A DNA stretch of 60,440 nt from Candidatus Sulfomarinibacteraceae bacterium (GTDB lineage: Bacteria > Chloroflexota > Limnocylindria > Limnocylindrales > CSP1-4), in assembly GCA_035466655.1 (NCBI GenBank), contig DATIUS010000052.1:1-60440 (forward strand). Direction: 5' to 3'. The translations under genes were made by a program, and so were the position numbers. This document shows, in pieces, positions 33,922 through 42,588 of this stretch. The number at the start of each line of letters is the position of its first letter. Within the stretch, counting starts at the first letter, position 1. The notes beneath the pieces are model-generated. The model did no database searches and was not told where the DNA came from. It was given only the letters and a program-made list of their open reading frames with translations.

Positions 33922-35396
33922 CCAGCATCTCGATGCGGCTCGCGCGTCGCCGGCTCGCGTCGCCGCATCGCTGGCTGCGGATCGTGCTGCGGCGCTGGTG
34001 GCCGCCGCTCCGGCGACCGGAGTTCTGGGCGACGCAGGCGCTGGTATTCGTCATTGCAGCTGGTCACGTCGTGCTCGAGATGCTGGAAGTGCCCGGGCTC
34101 AAGCACCTCAACCTGGTCCCGGTCTCACTGTTCCTCGTCCCGGTGATCTATTCGGCGCTCAATTTCGGCCTGCGCGGCGCCGGCCCGACCGCGATCTGGT
34201 GCGGGCTGCTTGCGCTGCCCAACATCGTGTTCTTGCACCCAGGCGCCGATCGCTTCGCCGAGATCTGGCAGGCCGGCCTCGTCGTGGTCGTCGGCCTGGT
34301 CGTCGGACAGCGGATCGACCGGGAGCAGCGAGCGCGGGCGGACGCCCAGCGTCGCGAGCGGGCCAGGCGATCCTCTGAGGAGCGCTACCGGCGGCTGTTC
34401 GAGTCGACCGCGGATCCGATCATGCTGCTGCGGCACGGCGGGACGGTCGAGGAGGCGAACACCGCGGCGGCGATGCTGTTCGGGGTCGCCCGCAGCGATC
34501 TCGCCGGGCGCCGGTTGGAGGACCTCGCCGATCCCGAGCTGGCCATCGCGGTCGAGGCCGCCGACCCGGGCTCAGGCAGCGAGGAGGCCGTCCGCCTCGC
34601 CGACTCGACCGGCCGGATGCGCTGGTTCGAGCCGGTCGTCGCCGACTTCGAGGCCCGTCCCGGCCGGATCCAGGTCGTCCTGCGGGATGTCACCGCGCAG
34701 CAAGAGCGCCAGGCGGGGCTGGAGGCCTACACCCGGCAGACGATGGCTGCCCGCGAAGAGGAGCGCCGCCGGATCGCCCGCGACCTCCATGACGGACCGG
34801 TCCAGGAGCTGGTCCTGCTGTGGCGGGGCCTGGACGAGCTCGGCGACTCGGCTACGGGACAGAATCGCGTGCGGCTCGCGGACGCACGCGCCCTGGCCGA
34901 GCGAATCGCCAACGACCTGCGCCGCATCAGTCGCGACCTGCGACCGTCGCTGCTCGATGATCTCGGCCTCGGGCCGGCGCTGAACGCCGAGTGCGCGGCC
35001 TTCAGCGCATGCTCCGGGATCGCCGCACGCTACGTGGAGACTGGCGCGCCGCGCCGCCTGGCGACCGACATCGAGCTGATGCTGCTGCGCATCGCCCAAG
35101 AGGCGCTCCACAACGTCGACCGGCATGCCCGCGCTCGGACGGCGACGGTACGGCTGACCTTCCGGGCCGGATCGGTCCGTCTCTCGGTAACCGATGACGG
35201 CGTTGGCTTCAGCGGCTCGACGGACAACCGCGCCCTCCTCGCCGAGGGCAAGCTCGGCATCGTCGGGATGCGCGAGCGGGCGCGGCTTGCGGGCGGCGAG
35301 CTGACGCTCCGGAGCGCTCGCAACCGCCGGACCACCGTTTCGGTGCTCGTCCCCGCGTCGCGTCTAGCGGCCGTCCGTCCCGGGGGAGCAGCTTGA
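33918..35396 (+). CDS. Sensor histidine kinase (membrane N-terminus, PAS, HisKA_3, HATPase_c)
   Basis: Four N-terminal TM helices. PAS-like ERYRRLFESTADPIMLL. H-box EEERRRIARDLHDGPVQ. N/G boxes EALHNVDRHA and DDGVGF...GIVGMRERA. ATGA overlap with the response regulator gene. Confidence 0.9.
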   Translation: MTSISMRLARRRLASPHRWLRIVLRRWWPPLRRPEFWATQALVFVIAAGHVVLEMLEVPGLKHLNLVPVSLFLVPVIYSALNFGLRGAGPTAIWCGLLALPNIVFLHPGADRFAEIWQAGLVVVVGLVVGQRIDREQRARADAQRRERARRSSEERYRRLFESTADPIMLLRHGGTVEEANTAAAMLFGVARSDLAGRRLEDLADPELAIAVEAADPGSGSEEAVRLADSTGRMRWFEPVVADFEARPGRIQVVLRDVTAQQERQAGLEAYTRQTMAAREEERRRIARDLHDGPVQELVLLWRGLDELGDSATGQNRVRLADARALAERIANDLRRISRDLRPSLLDDLGLGPALNAECAAFSACSGIAARYVETGAPRRLATDIELMLLRIAQEALHNVDRHARARTATVRLTFRAGSVRLSVTDDGVGFSGSTDNRALLAEGKLGIVGMRERARLAGGELTLRSARNRRTTVSVLVPASRLAAVRPGGAA

Positions 35397-35683
35397 GGGG
35401 TCCCAACGCGACGCGTGGCGCGACGGAGGTCCTTTGGGCCCGGCAGGCCATGATCAATCAACATGGTGGCCGAGCCGGGCGAGGTCGGTGACGGCCTCGC
35501 CGACATCGTCGTGGGCGATATCGAGGTGCCGTCGATCACGGAGGACTGGAGGGCGGCCCAGGACCGGCGCGCGGTCTCGGTTTCGCAAGATCGACAGCTA
35601 CAGCATCGGATTTGCGGGACAGGGGCAGAACCTGCCGGCCGTACGTGGCAGGAACTCGCCGGAGTCGCGGAGGCAGTGCTCTG

Positions 35684-36250
35684 TCAGGCGGACGTGGCCG
35701 AGACCGGTCCGCGAAGCTGCAGACCCACCACGGACCACCCGATCCCGAACGGCAGGGCGGTGAGCGGGCTGAGCTCCGGTGCGATCGACCCAAGGAGCGT
35801 TCCCAGGACGATCGCCGTCACCGTGCCGAGGAGCACGAGCCACCCGCCGAGAGCCGGGATCGTGCCGCTTCGGACGAGGGCCAGGGCGAACCCCAGGCTG
35901 CCCAGCATCCAGGCCATCGAGGTCAGCATGAACGGGATCGCCAAAGGGTCGTCACTGCCGGCGCCCACAACAGCTGAGAACTGGTTCGTGACAATCGCAT
36001 AGCCGCCGACGACCACGACCATGATCCCGCCGAGCGCCGCGATCCAGGCCGAGAACCGGCCGAAACGCCCCGCTCCGCCACCGGCGACGAGCCTCGCACC
36101 AAGCACGCCGATGCCAATCGCGGGTGCGACGACAAAGAACCCATAGATCGCGGGCGACGCCGGAGCGACGGTCATGACCGCCAGGAGCACCGTCATCAGC
36201 GCCCCGCCGAGGATGAGGACGGAGGAACTTGATCGCGCCAACAGGCTCAT
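35684..36250 (-). CDS. Integral membrane protein, hypothetical
   Basis: ATG at 36250 is preceded by AAGAGGAGG. About 6 TM helices. The upstream part of track ORF 35684..36754 is Arg/Ser-rich nonsense. Confidence 0.7.
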   Translation of the reverse strand: MSLLARSSSSVLILGGALMTVLLAVMTVAPASPAIYGFFVVAPAIGIGVLGARLVAGGGAGRFGRFSAWIAALGGIMVVVVGGYAIVTNQFSAVVGAGSDDPLAIPFMLTSMAWMLGSLGFALALVRSGTIPALGGWLVLLGTVTAIVLGTLLGSIAPELSPLTALPFGIGWSVVGLQLRGPVSATSA

Positions 36251-36356
36251 CTGCAGCAACCTCCTCTTGTTGTGATCCGATCCGGTTTCCCGCGCCGGCC
36301 CGACCGCGCGCTCGCGTCGCCCGGCACGCGCTCGCCCGGATCTCCGAATGGGTCCA

Positions 36357-36998
36357 TCAGGATGAGCCCACGACGCGTTGGTCCAGGGCCGGTCGGAGTC
36401 GCGCCAGCCGGGCGTGGCCCTCGACGAGCACGACCGACGCCACCGCGACGACTCCGGCGAGGATGACGAGTTCCTTGGCCACCGCGGGCGTGCCGCCGAG
36501 CAGCGGGATGTTGTGGCCCGGGCCGATGGCGAAGGCAAAGGCGGCCAGGGCTGTCGCCCCGGTGGCCCGGCGGGTCCGGGCGATGAACCAACCGAGCCCG
36601 GCGCCCGTGATGGTCGCCGTGCCCAGCAACTCGACGACGACGATCGCCATAGCCTCCGCGCCCGGGACGAGGAAGGTCCCCCCACCGTCTTCGTCCATCG
36701 CGAAGATCGGCGCGCGAAGCTCCGCGATGACGAGGGCGGGGAGCAGGACTGCACCGACCAGGACGATCACGGCGATCGCGGTCCAGGGCCGTCGCGGAAG
36801 GTGGGGCCGCAGCTCCTCGTAGGCTGCGCCCACCGCCGCACCGCCAGCCGCTGCGACGAGGACACCGATAGGGGCGATGGACCAGATCGGGGCGATCCAT
36901 ACATGGTGGAGCAGCAGGAAGGTCACGAACCCTATGAGCCCCGCTGCCGCGCCGGCCTGCACCGACGCCACCCGCGACTGGCCTGCGTCCATCGCCAT
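36357..36998 (-). CDS. Integral membrane protein, hypothetical
   Basis: About 6 TM helices. High GC3. It starts 19 nt after the SRPBCC gene stop. Confidence 0.7.
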   Translation of the reverse strand: MAMDAGQSRVASVQAGAAAGLIGFVTFLLLHHVWIAPIWSIAPIGVLVAAAGGAAVGAAYEELRPHLPRRPWTAIAVIVLVGAVLLPALVIAELRAPIFAMDEDGGGTFLVPGAEAMAIVVVELLGTATITGAGLGWFIARTRRATGATALAAFAFAIGPGHNIPLLGGTPAVAKELVILAGVVAVASVVLVEGHARLARLRPALDQRVVGSS

Positions 36999-37017
36999 GC
37001 TTCCGAAGTCCTTGGCC

Positions 37018-37467
37018 CTACGAGACCGCGGGAGAGCTGGAGACGAGTGAGACCAGCCGGTCGACCTCGCGGTTACCTGCGGTGTGTGGCCCCGGCTCGA
37101 CCCATCGCCGATCGATCCAGCGGCCGATCGGACCGAGCGGGACCGTCCATTCAGTCGAGATCTCCAGGTCCGTGCCGCCGCCGTCCGGGGCCGAGAGCGT
37201 CGCGACCATGCGGTACGAGGCGCCGAGCGGGCCGGTCGCGACGATCTCGTACAGGCGTCCCGGTTCGGACCGGATCACCCGGGTGGAGAACCGCCAGGGC
37301 CCGCGGATGACCAGGGTGTACCGTGTCCCGGCGACATCGAGCGGGCCGGAGAGGTCGGCGACCGCCGACGCCTCCATCCAGTCCGCCACGAGGTCCGGGT
37401 CAGTGAAGCCGCGGAAGACCTGGTCGGGCGAGGCTCCGATTCGGCGGGTGTACCGATGCCGTCCCAC
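37018..37467 (-). CDS. SRPBCC (START/polyketide cyclase-dehydrase-like) family protein
   Basis: The pattern IGASPDQVFRGFTDPDLVADWM... is typical of the AHSA1/SRPBCC family. GTG start is preceded by AGGAGGAG. Confidence 0.75.
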   Translation of the reverse strand: MGRHRYTRRIGASPDQVFRGFTDPDLVADWMEASAVADLSGPLDVAGTRYTLVIRGPWRFSTRVIRSEPGRLYEIVATGPLGASYRMVATLSAPDGGGTDLEISTEWTVPLGPIGRWIDRRWVEPGPHTAGNREVDRLVSLVSSSPAVS

Positions 37468-37517
37468 GCTCTGGTCTCCTCCTGCTCGCGGGGCCTGCGG
37501 CAGCCCCGACGTGCGCA

Positions 37518-37546
37518 GTATTATTTACCTGACTATGGCAAGTCAA
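37518..37546 (-). promoter_or_regulatory. Candidate sigma70-type promoter (TTGACT-17 nt-TAATAC, minus strand) overlapping a palindrome, TGACTatggcaAGTCA, that could be the TetR operator
   Basis: This is the only AT-rich patch in the 96-bp divergent intergenic region between the SRPBCC operon and the tetR-like gene. Palindrome at 37530..37545. Confidence 0.4.
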
Positions 37547-37562
37547 CAGAATCATTGACGCG

Positions 37563-38192
37563 ATGCCCAGGAGCTATCGACTCGGTCTACGCGCGGCCCA
37601 GATCCAGGCAACTCGGGAGCGGATCGTCGAGGCTGCCATCGAGCTCTACACGGAGCTGGGAATCTCCGGCACCACGATCCGACAGGTTGGCCTGCGTGCG
37701 GACGTGGCGCCCGGGACGCTGCGGCACCACTTCCCCTCGCGCGAAGCGCTCGACGCAGCAATGGTCGAGCGCCTGACGGCCGAGGCGCCGCTTCCCGACC
37801 TCACCATCTTCGACGGCGCCCGGTCGATCGAGGAGCGCCTCGAGCGTCTCATCCTGGCGACCGGGACGTTCTTCGATCAGAGCGCACGGATCTACCGGAT
37901 GTGGCTTCGCGAGCGGATGCTCACCAGGGTCTGGACGGAGACCGGGGCCGCGTACGGGGCAAGGTGGGAGGAGCTGATCCAAGCAGCACTCGGGATCCTG
38001 ACCGATGATCCAGACGCCTCGGCGACCCTGCGAGCCATCCTCGATCCCCCACTGTTCGAGCGAATGCGCTCAGGCACGAGGACAACCGGGGAAGTGTGCG
38101 CCCTGATCACGTCGGTGATCACGCCGTGGTTCGCAGCCCGAGCCGCTGATCGCCACCGCGCGAGCGAGCGGGAGACCGTCGTCGACGACTGA
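37563..38192 (+). CDS. TetR/AcrR family transcriptional regulator
   Basis: N-terminal HTH: RERIVEAAIELYTELGISGTTIRQVGLRADVAPGTLRHHFPSREAL. Confidence 0.88.
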   Translation: MPRSYRLGLRAAQIQATRERIVEAAIELYTELGISGTTIRQVGLRADVAPGTLRHHFPSREALDAAMVERLTAEAPLPDLTIFDGARSIEERLERLILATGTFFDQSARIYRMWLRERMLTRVWTETGAAYGARWEELIQAALGILTDDPDASATLRAILDPPLFERMRSGTRTTGEVCALITSVITPWFAARAADRHRASERETVVDD

Positions 38193-38362
38193 CCTTCGGG
38201 ACGGCCATGGATCTTCGGGATGTGCACGGATACGCGGCTTCGCACCTCGAGGCGCACGAGCCCTGCTTGATCTGGGCCCGTTTGGCGTCAAGGCAGACCA
38301 GCCTGACGCACGTCATTCGCCGTGAAGCCGGCAAGCCGAGCGGGCCGTTCCTGCGCCCGACG

Positions 38363-38377
38363 CCCTCCGGGCGCGCC
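38363..38377 (+). repeat. att-like core, copy 3: ccctccgggcgcgcc (15-nt exact match to tRNA-Arg positions 23118..23132)
   Basis: Same orientation as the tRNA copy. It lies in a 440-bp non-coding stretch at the far edge of the accessory block. Confidence 0.5.
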
Positions 38378-38631
38378 TCCCCCCACAGTCGGGCCGGCAC
38401 CGCGGGGCCTGACGATCCGTCGAGCCGCGCGCGGTGCCGGACTCATGGCGGTCAGAGGCCGTACGAGAACGCCACGAGCATCTGGGCCCGGGCGGACGTG
38501 AACGCCATGATTCGTCCTCCAGCCCGACCCGGCTGCGCCGGCTGACACCTCATTCGGCCCGGGAATCCGGAGGTCGGCTGCCGGGGCGGGCAGCCGATCT
38601 CCGAAGGCGCTGCGATGGGACGCCGGGTTCC

Positions 38632-39135
38632 TCACGACAGCGCGGCGCAGATGTCCATCGTGATTCCGCTCACGGCCGTGACTGCGAAGTTGCCGGCGGC
38701 GTCGATGTCGATGACGACGCGGCCGACCTGGAGGGTCGTCGACGGGCCGGCCGGCACGTCGCTCGGGAAGAGGATCAGCACGTTCTGACCGATCAGGGTG
38801 AGCGTGGTGGTCCCGTCGGGGTGGTTCGCTGCCGCCTGAACCGCCCCCGTGGCGTCCAGGGAGAGCGTGGCGCCCGTCGCCACGTTCGTGAACGTCAGGT
38901 CATTGCCACGGCCCGCGGCGATCCACCACAGGACCTGGCCGGCGTCATCCGTGAACGCTCGGTAGTGCTGCGGGCCGCCGTCACCGACGTCGATCCCCAG
39001 CTCGAACCCGCACGCGATGCCCGCGGGGAAGGTGAGGTCGCTCGCGGCCACTGGAGCCGCGGCGAGTGGTGCCGCGAGGAGCACGCTCGAGGCGAGCATG
39101 GCGACTGCGGCGCGCCTGCGCAACGATCCGTACAT
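38632..39135 (-). CDS. Secreted hypothetical protein
   Basis: Signal peptide MLASSVLLAAPLAAAPVAAS. Beta-rich mature part. High GC3. Confidence 0.7.
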   Translation of the reverse strand: MYGSLRRRAAVAMLASSVLLAAPLAAAPVAASDLTFPAGIACGFELGIDVGDGGPQHYRAFTDDAGQVLWWIAAGRGNDLTFTNVATGATLSLDATGAVQAAANHPDGTTTLTLIGQNVLILFPSDVPAGPSTTLQVGRVVIDIDAAGNFAVTAVSGITMDICAALS

Positions 39136-39344
39136 CGTCCTGTCCTCCAGCCCGACGTTTCAGTGCACGAGAGCGGCCCGTCGGGCCGTGGACCGCTTCG
39201 CAGGGCCGATGCTCGGCGTCTGGGAGCGGCCCGCCATCGGGCGATCCCTCATTTCGATCCCGCCGCCCCCCTCATTCGCGTTGGTCGCACAGAGGGCCAG
39301 GCGGCCCTTCCCGACCGCCGGAGTCGTTCATACGCTCGGCGACG

Positions 39345-42300
39345 ATGAGCACCCGCCGCGCGAGCTCGCTCCTCGTCGGGCGCGAGGAGGAGCTCCTCGC
39401 CCTCGAGGCTGCCGTATCCGACCGTGCCTCCCGTCCCGTGACCCTCATCGCCGGGGAGGCCGGCGTCGGCAAGACCCGGCTTGTCGCGGAGTTCCTCGCT
39501 CGCCAGCCGACGGGGTCGCTGACGACGCTTGGAGCCTGCATCGAGCTCGGCGCCGACCTCGTCCCGTACGCCCCCTTCATCGATGCGATCGGGCGGCACC
39601 TCGAGGCCATCGACGAGGACTCGCCGGCGGCGGGCGCGGGGGTCGCCGGGGAGCTCCGGACGCTCCTGCCGGACCTCGGGGAGATCGTGCCGGACCTCGC
39701 GACGCTCCTCCCGGGTCTCGCGCCCGGCGGCACGGCGGGAGGCCCGGTCAGCCGGGGTCGGATGTACGAGGCGGTGCGGACCCTCCTCGACCGTGCACCA
39801 AGCCCCCTCGTCTGCGTGCTCGAAGACTTCCACTGGGCCGACAGGTCGAGCCTCGAGCTCCTCGCGTACCTCGCACGCCGCCTCCGGCACGGCAGGACCG
39901 CCATCGTCGTCACGTTCCGGACCGACGACCTGCATCGCCGGCATCCGCTCGTGCCGGTCCTGGCGGAGCTCGAGCGGAGCGGCCGCACGACCCGGATCGA
40001 CGTTGGGCGCCTCGACCGGGCCCGGGTCGCGACGCTCGTTCGTGAGATCCGGGGTGACGCCTCGGAGGCGCTCGTCGAGGCGATCGCTCGAAGGTCGCAG
40101 GGCATCCCGTTCCTCGCCGAGGAGCTGCTGGCCGTGGACGCCGGGGTCGGCGAACCCCTCCCCGAGACGTTGCGGGAGCTGCTGCTCGCCAGACTCGCCA
40201 CGCTCCACGACCAGGCGCGGGACGTGCTCGCGATCGTGGCCGCGGTGGAGCGGCCGGCGGACGGGGAACTGCTGGAAGCCGCGTGGGACGGGCCGCCACG
40301 GCGCTTCGAGGCGGGACTCCGTGAGGCCGTCGACCGGGGGATCCTCGTGATCGACCCGGCGACCGGCCGGGTGGCCTTCCGGCACGCGCTCCTCGGTGAG
40401 GCCGTGGTCGACGACCTCCTGCCGGGAGAGCGCGTTCGCCTTCATGCGACGCTCGCGCGGGTCCTCGCCGAACGGCCGGAGCTCGCGCGCCCGACCGCGG
40501 CCGGGGCGGCGGCCGAGGTCGCCCATCATCTCTTCAGGGCACGCGACCTCCCTGCTGCCCTCCGCGCGTCCGCGACCGCGGGCGACGCCGCCGTGACCGC
40601 ACGCGCGTACCCCGAGGCGCGAGAGCTGTACGAGCGCGCCCTGGAGCTGCTCGAACGGCTCCCGGATGCGGCCGACCGCGCACGGGTCGACCCCATCCGG
40701 CTCCTCGACGCCGCGGCCGAGGCGAGCTTCCACGCCGGCGACATCGCCCGCGCGGTCGCTCTCGGGAGTCGCGCCGCGGAGGCGAGCGAGGCGGAGGGGG
40801 ATCAGGCCCGAACCGGCTACCTCCTCGGCCGGCTCGTCGAGTGGACGGAGCTGTCCGGCGACTTCACCCGGGTCGCGGCGCTCGCCGAGCGAGCGGTCGC
40901 GCTCGTGCCGGATCTACCTCCGTCGCGCGAACGCGCGTACGCGCTCATCGGCCTGGCGGCGGCTCGGGGGCACGCCGGGCGAGCTCGCGAGTGCCTCGAG
41001 ATCGCCCGCGACGCGATCGAGGTCGCCGTCGCCTGCGGCGCGACCCCACAGGAGGCGGTCGCGAGATCGAACGCGGCCGCGGCCCTGGCGAAGCTCGGTC
41101 GCGATGCGGAGGCCGTGGCCGAGATCGACCGGGCCGTCCTCCTCGCCGACCGCTCCCGCGGGACCGAGGAGACCAGCGTGGTCCAGACCGACCGGGCGGT
41201 GATCCGCGCCACCGCCGCACGGTTCACCGACCTGGGCGACATCATCGACGAGGTTCGCGCCGCCCTCGATCGCGAGGGATCGCTCGAGGTCCACGACCCG
41301 TGGGTGGTCGCGCCGGAGACCGAGCTGCTCGCGTGGCAGGGGCGGTGGGCCGAGGCCGAGGCCCTGACGACCCGCCTCATCGAGGGGAATACCCGGCCGT
41401 GCCCCCTTGCCTCCCACCTCGTCATGCGCGGGAAGCTGCGCACCCGGACGGGCCGCCTCGACGATGCGACACGCGACCTGCGTGCCGCCATCGACGTCCG
41501 GCCGTCCGCCGAGCCGGACACTCGCGCGGATGCGCTCGGCTGCCTGGCCGAGGTGGAGCTGCTTCGGGCTGATCCTCGACGGTCCCTGGCACTGGTCGAC
41601 GAGGCGTTGGGAGTACTCGCGCCCACCGACGAACTGCCGCAGCGGGTCCATCTTCTCGCGCTCGGCCTCGAGGCCGCCGCCGACGTCCACGAATGGGCCC
41701 GCGCCCGGAGGGATGACGCCCGCTGCGCGGAGGCGGAGGCGGCCGGACGGCGGTACGCGGCAGCCCTCCGCGCTGCGGAGGCCGGCGAGCTCGTGGACGG
41801 CGGAGGGACCGAGGAGCGGATCCGCTCGAGGGTCGCGTGGGGGAAGGCGGAGGATGCTCGGCGCGCGGGCAGCGCCCCGCCCGACATCTGGGCGATTGCG
41901 GCGGCCGCATTGGCCGAGGCGGGCGAGCCGTACCTCTCCGCCACCTGCCGCGTGCGAGAGGCGGAGGCGGCCATCGCCTGCCTCGGCAATCGGGCGAGAA
42001 GCCGGGAGATCCTTCGAGAAACCCTGGCGTGGGCGCGGCAGGTCGGGGCGGCGCCGCTCTCGAGCTCGATCGAGGCCCTCGCCCGCCGGGCCCGGCTCGA
42101 CCTTGCGGGGCCCGAAGTCGACGCCGACGCCTCGGATGGAGCACGCCCGACGCGCGGGATCCCGCCCGACCCGTTCGGCCTCAGCGAGCGGGAACGCGAG
42201 GTTCTCGCGCTCCTCATCGACGGCCGGACGAACCGCGAGATCGGTGCGGAGCTGTTCATCAGCGAGAAGACCGCGAGCGTCCACGTCACCCACATCCTCG

Positions 42301-42380
42301 ACAAGATGGGGGTCGCCAGTCGCGGCGCCGCCGCCGCGCTCGCCGCACGGGGGCACCTGGCGGTACCGTCGCGAGACTGA
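39345..42380 (+). CDS. LAL-type (large ATP-binding LuxR/MalT-like) transcriptional regulator
   Basis: Walker A GEAGVGKT and Walker B VCVLEDFHWAD. A long TPR/helical-repeat middle. C-terminal LuxR HTH: LSEREREVLALLIDGRTNREIGAELFISEKTASVHVTHILDKMGV. ATG at 39345 was chosen. Confidence 0.9.
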   Translation: MSTRRASSLLVGREEELLALEAAVSDRASRPVTLIAGEAGVGKTRLVAEFLARQPTGSLTTLGACIELGADLVPYAPFIDAIGRHLEAIDEDSPAAGAGVAGELRTLLPDLGEIVPDLATLLPGLAPGGTAGGPVSRGRMYEAVRTLLDRAPSPLVCVLEDFHWADRSSLELLAYLARRLRHGRTAIVVTFRTDDLHRRHPLVPVLAELERSGRTTRIDVGRLDRARVATLVREIRGDASEALVEAIARRSQGIPFLAEELLAVDAGVGEPLPETLRELLLARLATLHDQARDVLAIVAAVERPADGELLEAAWDGPPRRFEAGLREAVDRGILVIDPATGRVAFRHALLGEAVVDDLLPGERVRLHATLARVLAERPELARPTAAGAAAEVAHHLFRARDLPAALRASATAGDAAVTARAYPEARELYERALELLERLPDAADRARVDPIRLLDAAAEASFHAGDIARAVALGSRAAEASEAEGDQARTGYLLGRLVEWTELSGDFTRVAALAERAVALVPDLPPSRERAYALIGLAAARGHAGRARECLEIARDAIEVAVACGATPQEAVARSNAAAALAKLGRDAEAVAEIDRAVLLADRSRGTEETSVVQTDRAVIRATAARFTDLGDIIDEVRAALDREGSLEVHDPWVVAPETELLAWQGRWAEAEALTTRLIEGNTRPCPLASHLVMRGKLRTRTGRLDDATRDLRAAIDVRPSAEPDTRADALGCLAEVELLRADPRRSLALVDEALGVLAPTDELPQRVHLLALGLEAAADVHEWARARRDDARCAEAEAAGRRYAAALRAAEAGELVDGGGTEERIRSRVAWGKAEDARRAGSAPPDIWAIAAAALAEAGEPYLSATCRVREAEAAIACLGNRARSREILRETLAWARQVGAAPLSSSIEALARRARLDLAGPEVDADASDGARPTRGIPPDPFGLSEREREVLALLIDGRTNREIGAELFISEKTASVHVTHILDKMGVASRGAAAALAARGHLAVPSRD

Positions 42381-42588
42381 TCCGGCCCAACGAGACCGGA
42401 TCGACATGATGTGCATTGCCTCGGCACCACGATGTGGTGCCACGACGCACCGGATCGCGTCGACACGCGAACCCGCCTCACCTATCCTTCGCCACCAAGC
42501 ACGGGCCCGGCCGCAACCCCCGCATTGCCACGTTGGCCGCTCGCGTGCGCAGTCCTCGGAGCTGCCCGAGGGGAGGAGGGATCACACC

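Noticed and set aside
35397-35683. Slightly lower-GC, 290-bp gap after the histidine kinase gene, with ORF fragments on both strands (for example 35463..36002 + and 35598..35843 -). I considered it as a degraded toxin-antitoxin or small gene.
   Set aside because: I found no recognisable motif, no RBS-start pair and mixed codon bias. It is left unannotated.
38207-38320. + strand peptide MDLRDVHGYAASHLEAHEPCLIWARLASRQTSLTHV as a tyrosine-recombinase C-terminal relic
   Set aside because: The resemblance to the HxLRH...LLGH...YxH box is loose: the catalytic His and Tyr positions are not clearly preserved. There is no upstream integrase sequence. It is used only as weak supporting context for the island and is not annotated as a feature.
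41407-42588. N-terminal 394-codon extension of the M28 peptidase ORF (track ORF 41407..44115)
   Set aside because: The extension overlaps the LAL regulator gene out of frame and is Arg/Pro/Ser-rich. A GTG with a strong GGGAGGAGGG RBS at 42589 is immediately followed by a signal peptide.
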